Made by a program: the position numbers and the translations under genes. Source: an uncultured Christensenella sp. (GTDB lineage: Bacteria > Bacillota > Clostridia > Christensenellales > UBA3700). Taken from it: a stretch of 64,000 nucleotides of DNA. Location: the NCBI GenBank assembly GCA_910584975.1, contig CAJUEA010000001.1, forward strand, positions 58,714-122,713, given 5' to 3'. Below the pieces are notes generated by a model. It worked only from the letters and a program-made list of their open reading frames with translations. It was not told the DNA's origin and made no database searches. How positions within the stretch are numbered: the stretch's first letter is position 1; the number at the start of each line of letters is the position of its first letter. This document shows, piece after piece, positions 7,450 through 16,743 of this stretch.

Positions 7450-7893
7450 ATGTTTGGACCATATATTTTATTAATTGTTTTTGGTATTTTATTTATTCTA
7501 ACGATTGGATTATTAGCAATTTTAATATCAGAAAAACAAAAAGTAACTTTAGAAGAAAACACAGTGAAGATACATAAATATCATTGCCGTGTAAATTTTG
7601 CAATATATTGTTTGACAGGATTGGTTGTATGTTTTATATTAACAGCACTATATTCTATTTTTATGCCATTATTCATAAAAGAAAGAGTAGAAAGTTATAA
7701 CGAAATATATTCAACAATTACAGCTGCACAAGAAAATATTAGCTCTGATTATGAAATGATAAAAGATGCGACCAATTATAATGATTGGTTAAAATCTGTA
7801 AAAGAAGATAAAGTTAAAAATGGTATATGGTCAAAATACTATTTTGAGAACTTAGATAGTTTGAATTTTATTGAATTAAATAAAGGAGATTAA
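7450..7893 (+). CDS. Hypothetical membrane protein (147 aa, two TM helices)
   Basis: TM segments ILLIVFGILFILTIGLLAILI and FAIYCLTGLVVCFILTALYSIF. Starts 1 nt after the upstream stop. Confidence 0.55.
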   Translation: MFGPYILLIVFGILFILTIGLLAILISEKQKVTLEENTVKIHKYHCRVNFAIYCLTGLVVCFILTALYSIFMPLFIKERVESYNEIYSTITAAQENISSDYEMIKDATNYNDWLKSVKEDKVKNGIWSKYYFENLDSLNFIELNKGD

Positions 7894-7894
7894 C

Positions 7895-8254
7895 ATGAAA
7901 AATTATGTAATGGAACAATTAAACACATATTTAAGTTTCATAGAAAATAAAGAAAACTATTTTGCAATGATTGGCAGTGTAATCGAATCCTGTTCTGCTT
8001 CAATAGTTCTAAACAGAGTTTTGTTTAATTCGAGAGTCATTGATGATGAAACTTTTAGACAAAATGCTGATAAAATTCAAGCAGCAAAGAAAACAGCAAT
8101 AATAACTCACGAACAATGGGTCATTAATATGCTTGAAAAAAGTCCAACTCAACATAATATAAAGTCATTAGTTAGTAGTGTGTATGTGGACCTTTTCAAT
8201 AGTGATAATTGTATTGATTTCAATAATCAAAATAAAGGTGTTTCTAATGAATAG
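7895..8254 (+). CDS. Hypothetical protein (119 aa)
   Basis: RBS AAAGGAG upstream, packed within the operon. Confidence 0.5.
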   Translation: MKNYVMEQLNTYLSFIENKENYFAMIGSVIESCSASIVLNRVLFNSRVIDDETFRQNADKIQAAKKTAIITHEQWVINMLEKSPTQHNIKSLVSSVYVDLFNSDNCIDFNNQNKGVSNE

Positions 8255-8405
8255 TAATAATTCACCAACATCAATTAAAGATTTAGTTGCAATTACCGGA
8301 AAAAGCAAGTCAGTAATTTACGCATTAGCAAAAAAATTAGGAAGATTGCCAACTATTGAAGAAGTATTAAATCGTCCAAATGGGCGACCACTTAAATATA
8401 AATAA
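8247..8405 (+). CDS. Small helix-turn-helix DNA-binding protein (52 aa, excisionase/AlpA-like size)
   Basis: ATG 8247 follows the RBS AAAGGTG and overlaps the upstream stop by 8 nt. IKDLVAITGKSKSVIYALAKKLG fits an HTH. The longer 8178 start is hydrophobic read-through. Confidence 0.5.
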   Translation: MNSNNSPTSIKDLVAITGKSKSVIYALAKKLGRLPTIEEVLNRPNGRPLKYK

Positions 8406-8413
8406 ATAAAATT

Positions 8414-8449
8414 GTCGCATTAGTCAATAAGGATTTATGCGACTTTTTT
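8414..8449 (+). terminator. Intrinsic terminator of the small-protein operon
   Basis: Stem GTCGCAT/ATGCGAC followed by TTTTTT. Confidence 0.7.
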
Positions 8450-8459
8450 CGAGGTTAAA

Positions 8460-9824
8460 ATGGAATTGAAAGAACAATTAGAATTTTTAGTAAAAAATAC
8501 TGTAGAAAAATTGCTAAGCGATATATTCTCTGGTCTTAACAATAGTAGTTTTTCGCAAATTATTGAGAAAACACAAGAAGAAACCAACAAATTAGGGTTG
8601 AATACTGTGGAATTAGCTTGTTCTATAATTGAAAAGTCTTTTAATGAACAAAGAAATAAACACGAGGTTGTAATTAAAAACAAGGGTAAATCACGAAGTA
8701 TCTTGACTACTTTGGGAGAACTAAGACTTACTAGAACATTATACTTCGATAAAAATAGATCAAAATCTTTTTTTGCAGTTGATGAATTATTAAAACTTGA
8801 AAAATATAGTCGATTAGACAAAGGTTTTAAATCTAAATTAGTTAATATGGCAACCGTAACATCGTTTGGAAAAGCTAGTGAGTTTTTTGAAAAAAAAGTA
8901 TCTAGACAGACTGTTCACAATATAGTTAAGCAAATTGATGTAAATTGTTTGCCCAAAAAGACAAATAAAATATTGAAAAATTTAGACCATTTATATATTG
9001 AGGCAGATGAGGATCACATACACTTAAACAACGGCAGAGGAGCAGAAGTAAAGTTGATCTATGTTCATGAAGGCATTAAAAAAAATTCTACACGCACAGA
9101 GTTGATTAACCCTAAATATTTTGTTTCTATATCTGATGATGTAGATAAATTTTGGAGCGATGTTGCTTATTATATTCAATCAAATTACATTACAACTAAA
9201 ACTACGGTGCATTTATCTGGTGATGGAGCAGCATGGATAAAATATGGTACTAATTTGTTTACAAATTGTCAGTATCATTTGGACAAGTTCCATATACATA
9301 AAAGCATTGCCGGAATGTGTTTTGGAAATAAAAATTTACGATTTAAAATTATTCAAGCTTTAAATAATAAAGATTTTGTAAAGCTTGCATTGTTGTATAA
9401 AGAGCAGTATGCTTTGCATAATAAACGATCAGAGCGTAAGGCTATTGCGGAAAGTATGTTGTATTTGCAAAATAATCGCCTTTCAATTGATTTATCCAAT
9501 AATGTTTCTTGTGCTGCAGAAGGACATGTTTCGCATGTTTTGTCTGCTAGGATGTCATCAAGACCAATGGGTTGGAGTGTGCCGGGAGCCGAACGCATCG
9601 CAAAATTGCGTGCATTTTATTTTAATGGTGGTGACTTTAATGCTATTTTTACTAAAAATAACACAAAAGAAGAAAATAAAATAGAGAATTACAAGAAATG
9701 GATGCGAACAGATGATGGATCTAGTTCATATTTTAAACCTGCAAAAGTTGTTGGATTAGATGGCGTTACTAATGGTTTATCAACATTACTAAGGTCTGCT
9801 GTTACAACTAAACTGCAATATTAG
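8460..9824 (+). CDS. ISLre2/UPF0236-family DDE transposase
   Basis: 454 aa. Family-typical blocks LYIEADEDHIHL, HLSGDGAAWIK and HLDKFHIHKSI, spaced as in UPF0236/ISLre2 proteins. Confidence 0.75.
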   Translation: MELKEQLEFLVKNTVEKLLSDIFSGLNNSSFSQIIEKTQEETNKLGLNTVELACSIIEKSFNEQRNKHEVVIKNKGKSRSILTTLGELRLTRTLYFDKNRSKSFFAVDELLKLEKYSRLDKGFKSKLVNMATVTSFGKASEFFEKKVSRQTVHNIVKQIDVNCLPKKTNKILKNLDHLYIEADEDHIHLNNGRGAEVKLIYVHEGIKKNSTRTELINPKYFVSISDDVDKFWSDVAYYIQSNYITTKTTVHLSGDGAAWIKYGTNLFTNCQYHLDKFHIHKSIAGMCFGNKNLRFKIIQALNNKDFVKLALLYKEQYALHNKRSERKAIAESMLYLQNNRLSIDLSNNVSCAAEGHVSHVLSARMSSRPMGWSVPGAERIAKLRAFYFNGGDFNAIFTKNNTKEENKIENYKKWMRTDDGSSSYFKPAKVVGLDGVTNGLSTLLRSAVTTKLQY

Positions 9825-9999
9825 AATAAAAATTACTATAATATCCTAAATTTATATATTGAAATCTCACATTTAGAGCGAAATTATGCAAAATGTGTAT
9901 TATTTTTTATAAAATATGCTGAAAACTCTTGACACAACCTGTTTTTTCTTTTCTCTTTACTTTTTTGTAATTTTATGTTAAAATTATTTTGAGGCAAAT

Positions 10000-12546
10000 A
10001 TGAAAGAGTTTGATTTAAATGGCAAATGGTCATTCCACGAAGTTGGAAGAGGCAAATGGTATACTGCTATTGTACCGGGTAGCAATTATATCGATTTGCT
10101 TGCAAACAACATAATAGACCATCCATATTATGACAACAATGAAGAGCTAAGTCAATGGGTAGGCGAGCGTGATTGGGAATACGCTCGTGAATTTACTTTG
10201 CCTATGGATATGCTTAAAAAGCCGATCATTATGCTTGAGGCAGACAAGCTTGATACCATTGCTGAAATTTATATCAACGACAGATTGGTTGCAAGAACAG
10301 AAAACGCTTTTATTGCCTATAAAATTGATATCAAAAACTTTGTTTCAAGACTTACAAACAAAATAAGAATCAAATTTCGTTCTCCTATTTTGTATATCGA
10401 AAACAAGCAGGAAAACACTCCTATGCCAAGCAGCAAGGTGGGGATGACTGGCTCTCAATACATTCGTAAACCTGCAATGCATTTTGGTTGGAACAACAAT
10501 TTGGTTGTGCCATTCAGTGGTATTTGTGGAAACATAAAAATTGTTGGCTATGAGGAAGTTTATCTTGAACAACCAATCATAAGACACGAAAGAGTGTTGA
10601 AAAGTGCAATTCTTATGGTTAAGGCAGCTGTTAAAGGCAAACAGATTGCAGAGAACAATTATTCAATTAAAGTTAGTATAACAGAGCCAAATGGAAATGT
10701 AATCAGCGAAACAAACAACAAGGTTGAAGAGCAAAATGAACTTGTTGTGACTATCAACAAGCCTGAACTTTGGACAATTTACAGCAAAAACAACAATCCT
10801 CCATTGTATAATGTGCAGGTGGAGTTATTTAAGGATAATGAATTGATTGACAAAAAAAGTGTCAAGTATGGTATCAAATCAATCAGTTTTGAAGAAGAAG
10901 AGGTTGACAGATTCAAAAAATTCGGCATTGTGCTTAATGGCGAAAAAATATTTATCAAAGGCGTAACATTGATGCCTTTGGATAGTATGTCATCCCTTTT
11001 CAACAAAAAGAAAATGGAAAGCTATCTTGATAGCGTAATCAATATCAATGCAAACCTGATTCGCGTGTTTGGTGGTGCTGGTTATATGCCAGAAGAGTTT
11101 TACTCTATGTGCGACGAAAGGGGCATTTTGGTGTGGCAAGATATGCCTTTTGTAAATATGATTTATCCATTTGAGTTTCAAGATTTTGCAGGCAATGTCA
11201 ACAAAGAAATCAAATATAACATTGAAAAATTGCACACACATCCATCTTGTGCAGTGCTTTGTGGTAGCTACGGAATGGAAAGCAAAATTTCCCGAACTTT
11301 TGGCAAAGGTGGCATAAAAGGGGCGATTTTCGATGTGTTTTACAAAAAAATTCCTGAAAGATTAAAAAATATTGGCTGTCAAATTTTGTATATTCCATCC
11401 AGTCCACTATCAAGCAAATTCTGTGATAGAGTAAACAATTATAAAAACGGCATTTCTCACATGTGGGAAGTTTGGGGTGGTATGCGCTCAATGCAAAAAG
11501 TATCAAATTACACTCCAAGATTTTGTGGAGAATTTGGTCTGCCATCCATGCCAAGTGCAAATGTTTTGGATGAGTTTATCTCTGGAGAACAGATTAATTT
11601 TTATGGCGAGGATATGGCAAAAAGACAAAAGTTTCGTGACGGAAACAACAAAATGCTTTACTACATATCTTCAAGATTTCGTGTTCCAAGAAGTGTATCC
11701 GATTTGATTTATTATTCTCAGCTAACCCAAGCAGAATATTACACGGAAATGATTGAACATTTAAGACGCAATATGCACAAGTGCCGTGGTGTTATTATGA
11801 CATCATTGAACGATTGTTGGGCAGGCATAGATTATTCTTGCCTTGATTATTTGGGTTATTACAAAGCAGCAATGTACAAATTAAAAAGAGCATATGCACC
11901 AATTTTAATGACAATTACTTGCAAAAAGGGTGTTGTCAAAGTAAATTTGATTTGCGAGGATAATGTTCGAGAAGAATGCAATTTGATATGGAAAGTTGAG
12001 GATTTTGACGGGATTGTCATTGCAAACGGCGAGCAGAATGTTGAAATAACTGAAGGACAAAACAGCAATCTTGCAGCAATTGATTTGAAAGAAATCATAA
12101 AAGGCAAGGAAAGAGAAATTGTTTTTGTTGCCGAACTGACTGACAAAACAGGTAAAATTCTTGCAGCAGAAGACTTTTTGTTTGTTCAAAACAAGCTTGC
12201 AATGTTGCCTGACCCAAAACTTAAAGTTGCCGTAATAGTACGCAAAGGTATTGCAAAAGTCACTTTGCAGGCAGAAAAGTTTGCACGATATGTTGCAGTG
12301 GAAATGGAAAATACAAAAGAGCCTTTCAGCAACAATTATTTTGATATTTTGGCAGGTGGAAAAGCAGAAATAACTATTCCTGTGGGAAAACTGAAAGATG
12401 TGGAAGTATTGGAAAAATTGCGTATCAAGTCGGTTGCAAATATAGATATGAAAGGTAATGTCTTGCGTGATATCGCAAAAAATACAGGCGTATTATTGTC
12501 GCCAAAAAACATTTTGGATGTTGTGCTTAAATGGTTCTTTAAGTAA
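10000..12546 (+). CDS. Beta-mannosidase (glycoside hydrolase family 2)
   Basis: 848 aa. The N-terminus LNGKWSF...WYTAIVPGSNYIDLL and the segment ANLIRVFGGAGYMPEEFYSMCDERGILVWQD are typical of GH2 beta-mannosidases. Confidence 0.8.
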   Translation: MKEFDLNGKWSFHEVGRGKWYTAIVPGSNYIDLLANNIIDHPYYDNNEELSQWVGERDWEYAREFTLPMDMLKKPIIMLEADKLDTIAEIYINDRLVARTENAFIAYKIDIKNFVSRLTNKIRIKFRSPILYIENKQENTPMPSSKVGMTGSQYIRKPAMHFGWNNNLVVPFSGICGNIKIVGYEEVYLEQPIIRHERVLKSAILMVKAAVKGKQIAENNYSIKVSITEPNGNVISETNNKVEEQNELVVTINKPELWTIYSKNNNPPLYNVQVELFKDNELIDKKSVKYGIKSISFEEEEVDRFKKFGIVLNGEKIFIKGVTLMPLDSMSSLFNKKKMESYLDSVININANLIRVFGGAGYMPEEFYSMCDERGILVWQDMPFVNMIYPFEFQDFAGNVNKEIKYNIEKLHTHPSCAVLCGSYGMESKISRTFGKGGIKGAIFDVFYKKIPERLKNIGCQILYIPSSPLSSKFCDRVNNYKNGISHMWEVWGGMRSMQKVSNYTPRFCGEFGLPSMPSANVLDEFISGEQINFYGEDMAKRQKFRDGNNKMLYYISSRFRVPRSVSDLIYYSQLTQAEYYTEMIEHLRRNMHKCRGVIMTSLNDCWAGIDYSCLDYLGYYKAAMYKLKRAYAPILMTITCKKGVVKVNLICEDNVREECNLIWKVEDFDGIVIANGEQNVEITEGQNSNLAAIDLKEIIKGKEREIVFVAELTDKTGKILAAEDFLFVQNKLAMLPDPKLKVAVIVRKGIAKVTLQAEKFARYVAVEMENTKEPFSNNYFDILAGGKAEITIPVGKLKDVEVLEKLRIKSVANIDMKGNVLRDIAKNTGVLLSPKNILDVVLKWFFK

Positions 12547-12654
12547 CACAAAAACTTGTTTTACATATCCTACATAGTAAAAAACTGCTTAAAGATTGTT
12601 TTTTAAACAATATAGCAATCAAAAACTTAACGAAAATCGATATTAAAATCAAAA

Positions 12655-12690
12655 AAGAATGTAAACAATCATTGTTCACATTCTTTTTTT
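12655..12690. terminator. Bidirectional intrinsic terminator between convergent genes
   Basis: 13-bp stem AGAATGTAAACAA/TTGTTCACATTCT flanked by an A-run and a T-run. Confidence 0.75.
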
Positions 12691-12768
12691 TGCTGTTTTT
12701 TATAATCATTACAAATTGCTTATATGTAATATTTCTTTTGTATTTTCTATTAATTTTAGATTTTGAAT

Positions 12769-13848
12769 TTATGCAATTTCGTTGCCATTTTTATCTAATT
12801 TGCCATCAGTGCAAATAATAATATAGTTGCCTGTGGCGCTATCCCAATTTGAACCTTTTGAAATTGAGTTCCAATCAGCTTTTGTTCCTTCAAAAGTGAT
12901 GCTTGTTAATTTAGAACAATTATAAAACGCATAATCGTCTATGTTGGTAACATTATTTGAGATAGTAATATTGGTGAGCTCAAAACAATCAATAAATGCT
13001 TCTTCGCCGATAGTAGTAACACTATCTGGTATGATGCTATTTTTACATCCTAATATCAAAGTCGTTCCATTTGATTCAAGCAAACAATTTCCTTCGCTTT
13101 TATAAGTGTCATTATTTTCATCAACAACAATGCTAGAAAGTTCCTTGCAACCACCAAAAACATTTACACCAATGTAAGATACACTCTTGCCAATAGTAAT
13201 GCTTGCAAGTTTATAACAATTTTTAAATGCTTTACTCCCAATTGTTGTAACACTATCGGGAATAATAATGCTATCAAGTTTAGAGCAATCTTGGAATGCT
13301 TGGGAATCAATAATAGTGACGCTATCGGGGATATTTATACTAGCAAGCTCAGTGCAACTAGAGAATGCTGAAGAGTTAATTTCGGTAACACTATTAGGGA
13401 TAACTATGTCAGTAAGTTTAAAGCAGTTTTCAAATGCATAAGCTGAAATAATAGTTACTGGTTTACCTTCATAAGTTGGTGGAATGGCTATTTTAGTAGC
13501 AGTTTCTGTTCCTATACCAGTAACACTATATGATTTGTCATATTCATTAAACATATACTCAAGCCCTTTGGCGTATTCAATTTTATCTTTTATGTGATAG
13601 CAAACGGAACATTCTTTCCAAGTTTCATTATCATTAGCTTTTAGTTCAAAAGAATGTTTTTGTAGATTTGTTTTTTCCTCACAGCCACTGCAAGCGAACC
13701 AATGGTCAAAATCATCTTTTGAATAAGTTTTATCCCAAACATGTGCATGAGGTTGATTGTCATTATTTCCACCACAAGCGACAAGCACAAGGGTTAGACA
13801 ACAAATCAGCAACATAGCTAGAGTAAAGACTAAAAATCTTTTTTTCAT
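12769..13848 (-). CDS. Surface lipoprotein with BspA-type leucine-rich repeats and an N-terminal Cys/His-rich module
   Basis: Signal peptide with lipobox LVAC. Repeated units IPDSVTxIxxxAFxxCxxLxSIxI. His/Cys/Trp-rich segment HAHVWDK..DHWFACSGCEEK..HSF. Confidence 0.8.
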   Translation of the reverse strand: MKKRFLVFTLAMLLICCLTLVLVACGGNNDNQPHAHVWDKTYSKDDFDHWFACSGCEEKTNLQKHSFELKANDNETWKECSVCYHIKDKIEYAKGLEYMFNEYDKSYSVTGIGTETATKIAIPPTYEGKPVTIISAYAFENCFKLTDIVIPNSVTEINSSAFSSCTELASINIPDSVTIIDSQAFQDCSKLDSIIIPDSVTTIGSKAFKNCYKLASITIGKSVSYIGVNVFGGCKELSSIVVDENNDTYKSEGNCLLESNGTTLILGCKNSIIPDSVTTIGEEAFIDCFELTNITISNNVTNIDDYAFYNCSKLTSITFEGTKADWNSISKGSNWDSATGNYIIICTDGKLDKNGNEIA

Positions 13849-13916
13849 TGTTTTTCTCCAAAAATTTATTTATATTAGCCGTTTTTGAAAAATTAATCCA
13901 CAATTTGTTGCAAATC

Positions 13917-13944
13917 TGTCAAAAAAAGTATACTTTTTTTGACA
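13917..13944. repeat. Perfect 28-bp palindrome TGTC-A7-GTATAC-T7-GACA
   Basis: Read directly from the sequence. About 70 bp upstream of the LRR lipoprotein start codon. Confidence 0.9.
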
Positions 13945-14051
13945 ACTTCCACTTGACTTAAAAATTTTAAAATGATATATTATTAATAAGAAATAATTGC
14001 TAATTATTTAATAATATAAAAGCAAAGGTTTTGAAATGTCCATATAAAAAA

Positions 14052-14081
14052 GTGTCAAAAAATGTATACTTTTTTTGACAC
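14052..14081. repeat. Second, near-perfect copy of the palindrome (GTGTC-A6T-GTATAC-T7-GACAC)
   Basis: Read directly from the sequence. About 135 bp from the first copy. Confidence 0.9.
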
Positions 14082-14150
14082 TTTTTACACGATTAACCAG
14101 CAAATTGTGTTTTTTGTCATCTTATTTTGACAAAAACATATAATCATAAT

Positions 14151-14185
14151 AAACAAAAAGACTTGAAGATTTTCAAGTCTTTTTA
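14151..14185 (-). terminator. Intrinsic terminator downstream of potD (hairpin usable in both directions)
   Basis: Stem AAAGACTTGAA/TTCAAGTCTTT flanked by an A-run and a T-run. Confidence 0.7.
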
Positions 14186-14200
14186 TAAAGTTTAGTGTTT

Positions 14201-15889
14201 TTAGGCTTGTGGATTTTCTTGTTTGTTTTCAAGATTATCCAAGTTGTTATTTTCTGACACAACAATATTTTCCTCATTTGCTAAATTGCAATTTTCTGCA
14301 TTGATATCGGTGCTATTCATTTGATTGTTATCAGTTTGAATATCAGGTGCCTCATTGTTGCTTTCAGTTTTTTCTTTGTTTTTGGATTTCATTTTAAGAT
14401 GCAATTTTGTATAGTAATCTTTAATTTTTGATTGGCAGTTGCTCAAAATAGAGAAGTTGTTTGTGCTATTTGAGTTTTCGCCAATTTCTTCCATTTTTCC
14501 TGCAACAAGTTTTTTGTTTTCCACTTTTTTATAAATTGAATATGCAATCATTCCGACTATTGCAATAACAAGACAAAAGCTGAAAATGATTACTTCAATA
14601 CCAAGTGGCAATGCTTTGACTCTCGTCCACATTTTGACCACAATGTCTTGTTTTTCGCCAAAGTCTGTCATTTCCACAAGTCTTTCAGCTTTGTCTGCAG
14701 AAGGCATTGAAATCTCGTGAATTTGCAAAGAAGTCAAATCAATTCCTGCCTCTTCCAAACTTTTTCTTAATGCCTCATTTGTTTTTCCGTCTGCACCTTC
14801 AAACAAATAAGTAAAATCATTTGCCTCAGCCTCTTCATCAATCATATAGTCGATTATGTCAGCAGATAGCACAGCAGTTGTGTAGCCAGTTTCGTCCATA
14901 TTGCGAAGAGCAATTTCAGGGTCGCACATAAAGTTGATAAATTCGTGAGCAATATCAACATTTTTTGCATATTTTGGAATAACCCAGTTGTCAAACCAAA
15001 TGTTTGAACCTTCCTCAGGAATGTAGTAGTCAAGATAAACTTTATTTTTCTTGTTTTCAGCTTGTGCCTCTTCTATTGCCCAAACGGCATCTCCACTCCA
15101 AGCAAGATTGATATAAGCCTCGCCGTTAATCATTGAGTCCTTGCCACTATCAACTTCATAAGCATAGAGAATGTTGTATTGATCGCGTAATTCTTTTTCA
15201 ACCTTAGCCATGCTTTCTGCTGAAATATTGTTTACAAGTTCATCAACTCTTGCTCTGTATTGTTCAGCAGTGGCAGTTTTTGCAAGAGTTTCAAGCTCCT
15301 CTCTGTAAGTATAAATTGTTGCGATAAAAACTGAATCACGAATGCTGTCTTTCATCAAAATTTTGTTTTTGTATTTGCTGTTCCAAAGAAGTCCCCATCC
15401 GTTCAAATCTTCCTCGCTTACTTTTTCAGTGTTGTACATAATTCCCACAGTTCCCCACATATAAGGTACGCTGTATTTGTTGTCTGGGTCAAATTTCCTA
15501 TCCAAAAGATAAGGAGGGATATTTTGTATGTTAGGAATTTTGTCAAGGTTAAGCTCATTTAGAAGGTTGTTTTTTTTCATTTTTTCAATAATGTAGTCGC
15601 TCGGACACATAACATCGTAGTCGGCTTTTCTATTATTGATAATTGTATAACCTCTTTCCAAAGTGTCAAAAGTGTCATATTGAATGCGAATTTTCTCACC
15701 TGTTTTTTCGTAGTAATAGTCTTCAAAATCTTTCAAAACACTTTCGTCTTTGCCGTCTTGTATGTAGTCTTGTGCGTTGTAAACTTTAAGCACGCGTACT
15801 TTGTTGTTGCAACCACTAAGAATTGGCACAAGAAACAAAGAGAAAGTCAAAATAAGCAGAGCTAAAAAGGTAATTCTTTTCTTTTTCAT
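14201..15889 (-). CDS. potD: Spermidine/putrescine ABC transporter substrate-binding lipoprotein with extra C-terminal TM helix and Asn/Glu-rich tail
   Basis: Lipobox LSGC and PotD-like domain, last gene of the potABCD order. TM segment IEVIIFSFCLVIAIVGMIAYSIY near residue 430, followed by a ~110-aa low-complexity tail. Confidence 0.8.
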   Translation of the reverse strand: MKKKRITFLALLILTFSLFLVPILSGCNNKVRVLKVYNAQDYIQDGKDESVLKDFEDYYYEKTGEKIRIQYDTFDTLERGYTIINNRKADYDVMCPSDYIIEKMKKNNLLNELNLDKIPNIQNIPPYLLDRKFDPDNKYSVPYMWGTVGIMYNTEKVSEEDLNGWGLLWNSKYKNKILMKDSIRDSVFIATIYTYREELETLAKTATAEQYRARVDELVNNISAESMAKVEKELRDQYNILYAYEVDSGKDSMINGEAYINLAWSGDAVWAIEEAQAENKKNKVYLDYYIPEEGSNIWFDNWVIPKYAKNVDIAHEFINFMCDPEIALRNMDETGYTTAVLSADIIDYMIDEEAEANDFTYLFEGADGKTNEALRKSLEEAGIDLTSLQIHEISMPSADKAERLVEMTDFGEKQDIVVKMWTRVKALPLGIEVIIFSFCLVIAIVGMIAYSIYKKVENKKLVAGKMEEIGENSNSTNNFSILSNCQSKIKDYYTKLHLKMKSKNKEKTESNNEAPDIQTDNNQMNSTDINAENCNLANEENIVVSENNNLDNLENKQENPQA

Positions 15890-16743
15890 ATATTTGCCCC
15901 CTTTGTTTTTGAAATAGTCTTGTTTTGTTTGCCAACTTTAGTTTTGACAACAGCTTTAGTTTTAGATTTTTTGTCGTGATGAGTGATGATATTAACAATA
16001 ACAAGCAACACAAGCACAGAAACAAGTATCATTGTAGAAAGAGCACGCAAAGAAGGTGTCAAACCATTTTTTGCAGCATCTGCATAGATAAATGTTGACA
16101 AAGTGTTTATGCCTTGAATGTTGAAAATAGTAATTACAAAGTCATCAATTGATAATGTAAACGCAAGGAAAAATCCACTTATAACACCGGGCAAGATTTG
16201 TGGCAAAATAGCTTTGAACAAGGCTTTCATTGGTGTGCAACCAAGGTCAAGTGCCGCCTCATATAAATTGTTGTCCATTTGTTGAAGTTTTGGAATAATG
16301 GAAAGTATAACATAAGGTGTGCAGAACACGATATGTGCAATTATAACCGTAACCATTCCATAAGGGATTCCAAACATAAGGAAAAGCAACATCAATGAAA
16401 CACCTGTTACGATTTCAGCATTCATCATAGGGATTTTGCTGACTGTCAACATTGCCTCTTTCGAGCGATTTTTCATGTTGTAAATGCCGATTGCTGCAAA
16501 AATTCCGATTATTGTTGAAATGACTGATGCAACTGTTGCAATAATAATTGTGTTTTTCAAAGCATCAAGAATAGCAGCACTTTCAGCTGGGTCAAACAAA
16601 TCTTTGTACAAATCAAAGCTGAACCCTTGCCATTGCATTGTGATTGATGGCGTAAAAGAGTAGATAACCAGCACTGCAATAGGAGCGTAAAGAAACAAAA
16701 GTGTCAGATAAACATAGCCTTTGGCTAAAATCTTTTTTACCAT
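15886..16743 (-). CDS. potC: Spermidine/putrescine ABC transporter permease
   Basis: Polytopic protein with the binding-protein-dependent transport EAA region EAALDLGCTPMKALFKAILP. 4-nt overlap with potD. Confidence 0.85.
   Translation of the reverse strand: MVKKILAKGYVYLTLLFLYAPIAVLVIYSFTPSITMQWQGFSFDLYKDLFDPAESAAILDALKNTIIIATVASVISTIIGIFAAIGIYNMKNRSKEAMLTVSKIPMMNAEIVTGVSLMLLFLMFGIPYGMVTVIIAHIVFCTPYVILSIIPKLQQMDNNLYEAALDLGCTPMKALFKAILPQILPGVISGFFLAFTLSIDDFVITIFNIQGINTLSTFIYADAAKNGLTPSLRALSTMILVSVLVLLVIVNIITHHDKKSKTKAVVKTKVGKQNKTISKTKGANI

Larger units (their letters stand above)
1..9830 (+). mobile_element. Right-hand part of an integrated conjugative/plasmid-like element. The left end lies outside the window and the right end is only approximate.
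   Basis: Co-directional block of T4SS genes, ParA-RHH pair, toxin cassettes, element-specific 13-bp motif and terminal DDE transposase. Ordinary metabolic genes start at 10000. Confidence 0.6.

Noticed and set aside
9385-9684. 99-aa ORF overlapping the transposase in another frame
   Set aside because: It lies entirely within the well-supported transposase CDS, is Cys/Leu-rich, and has no RBS.
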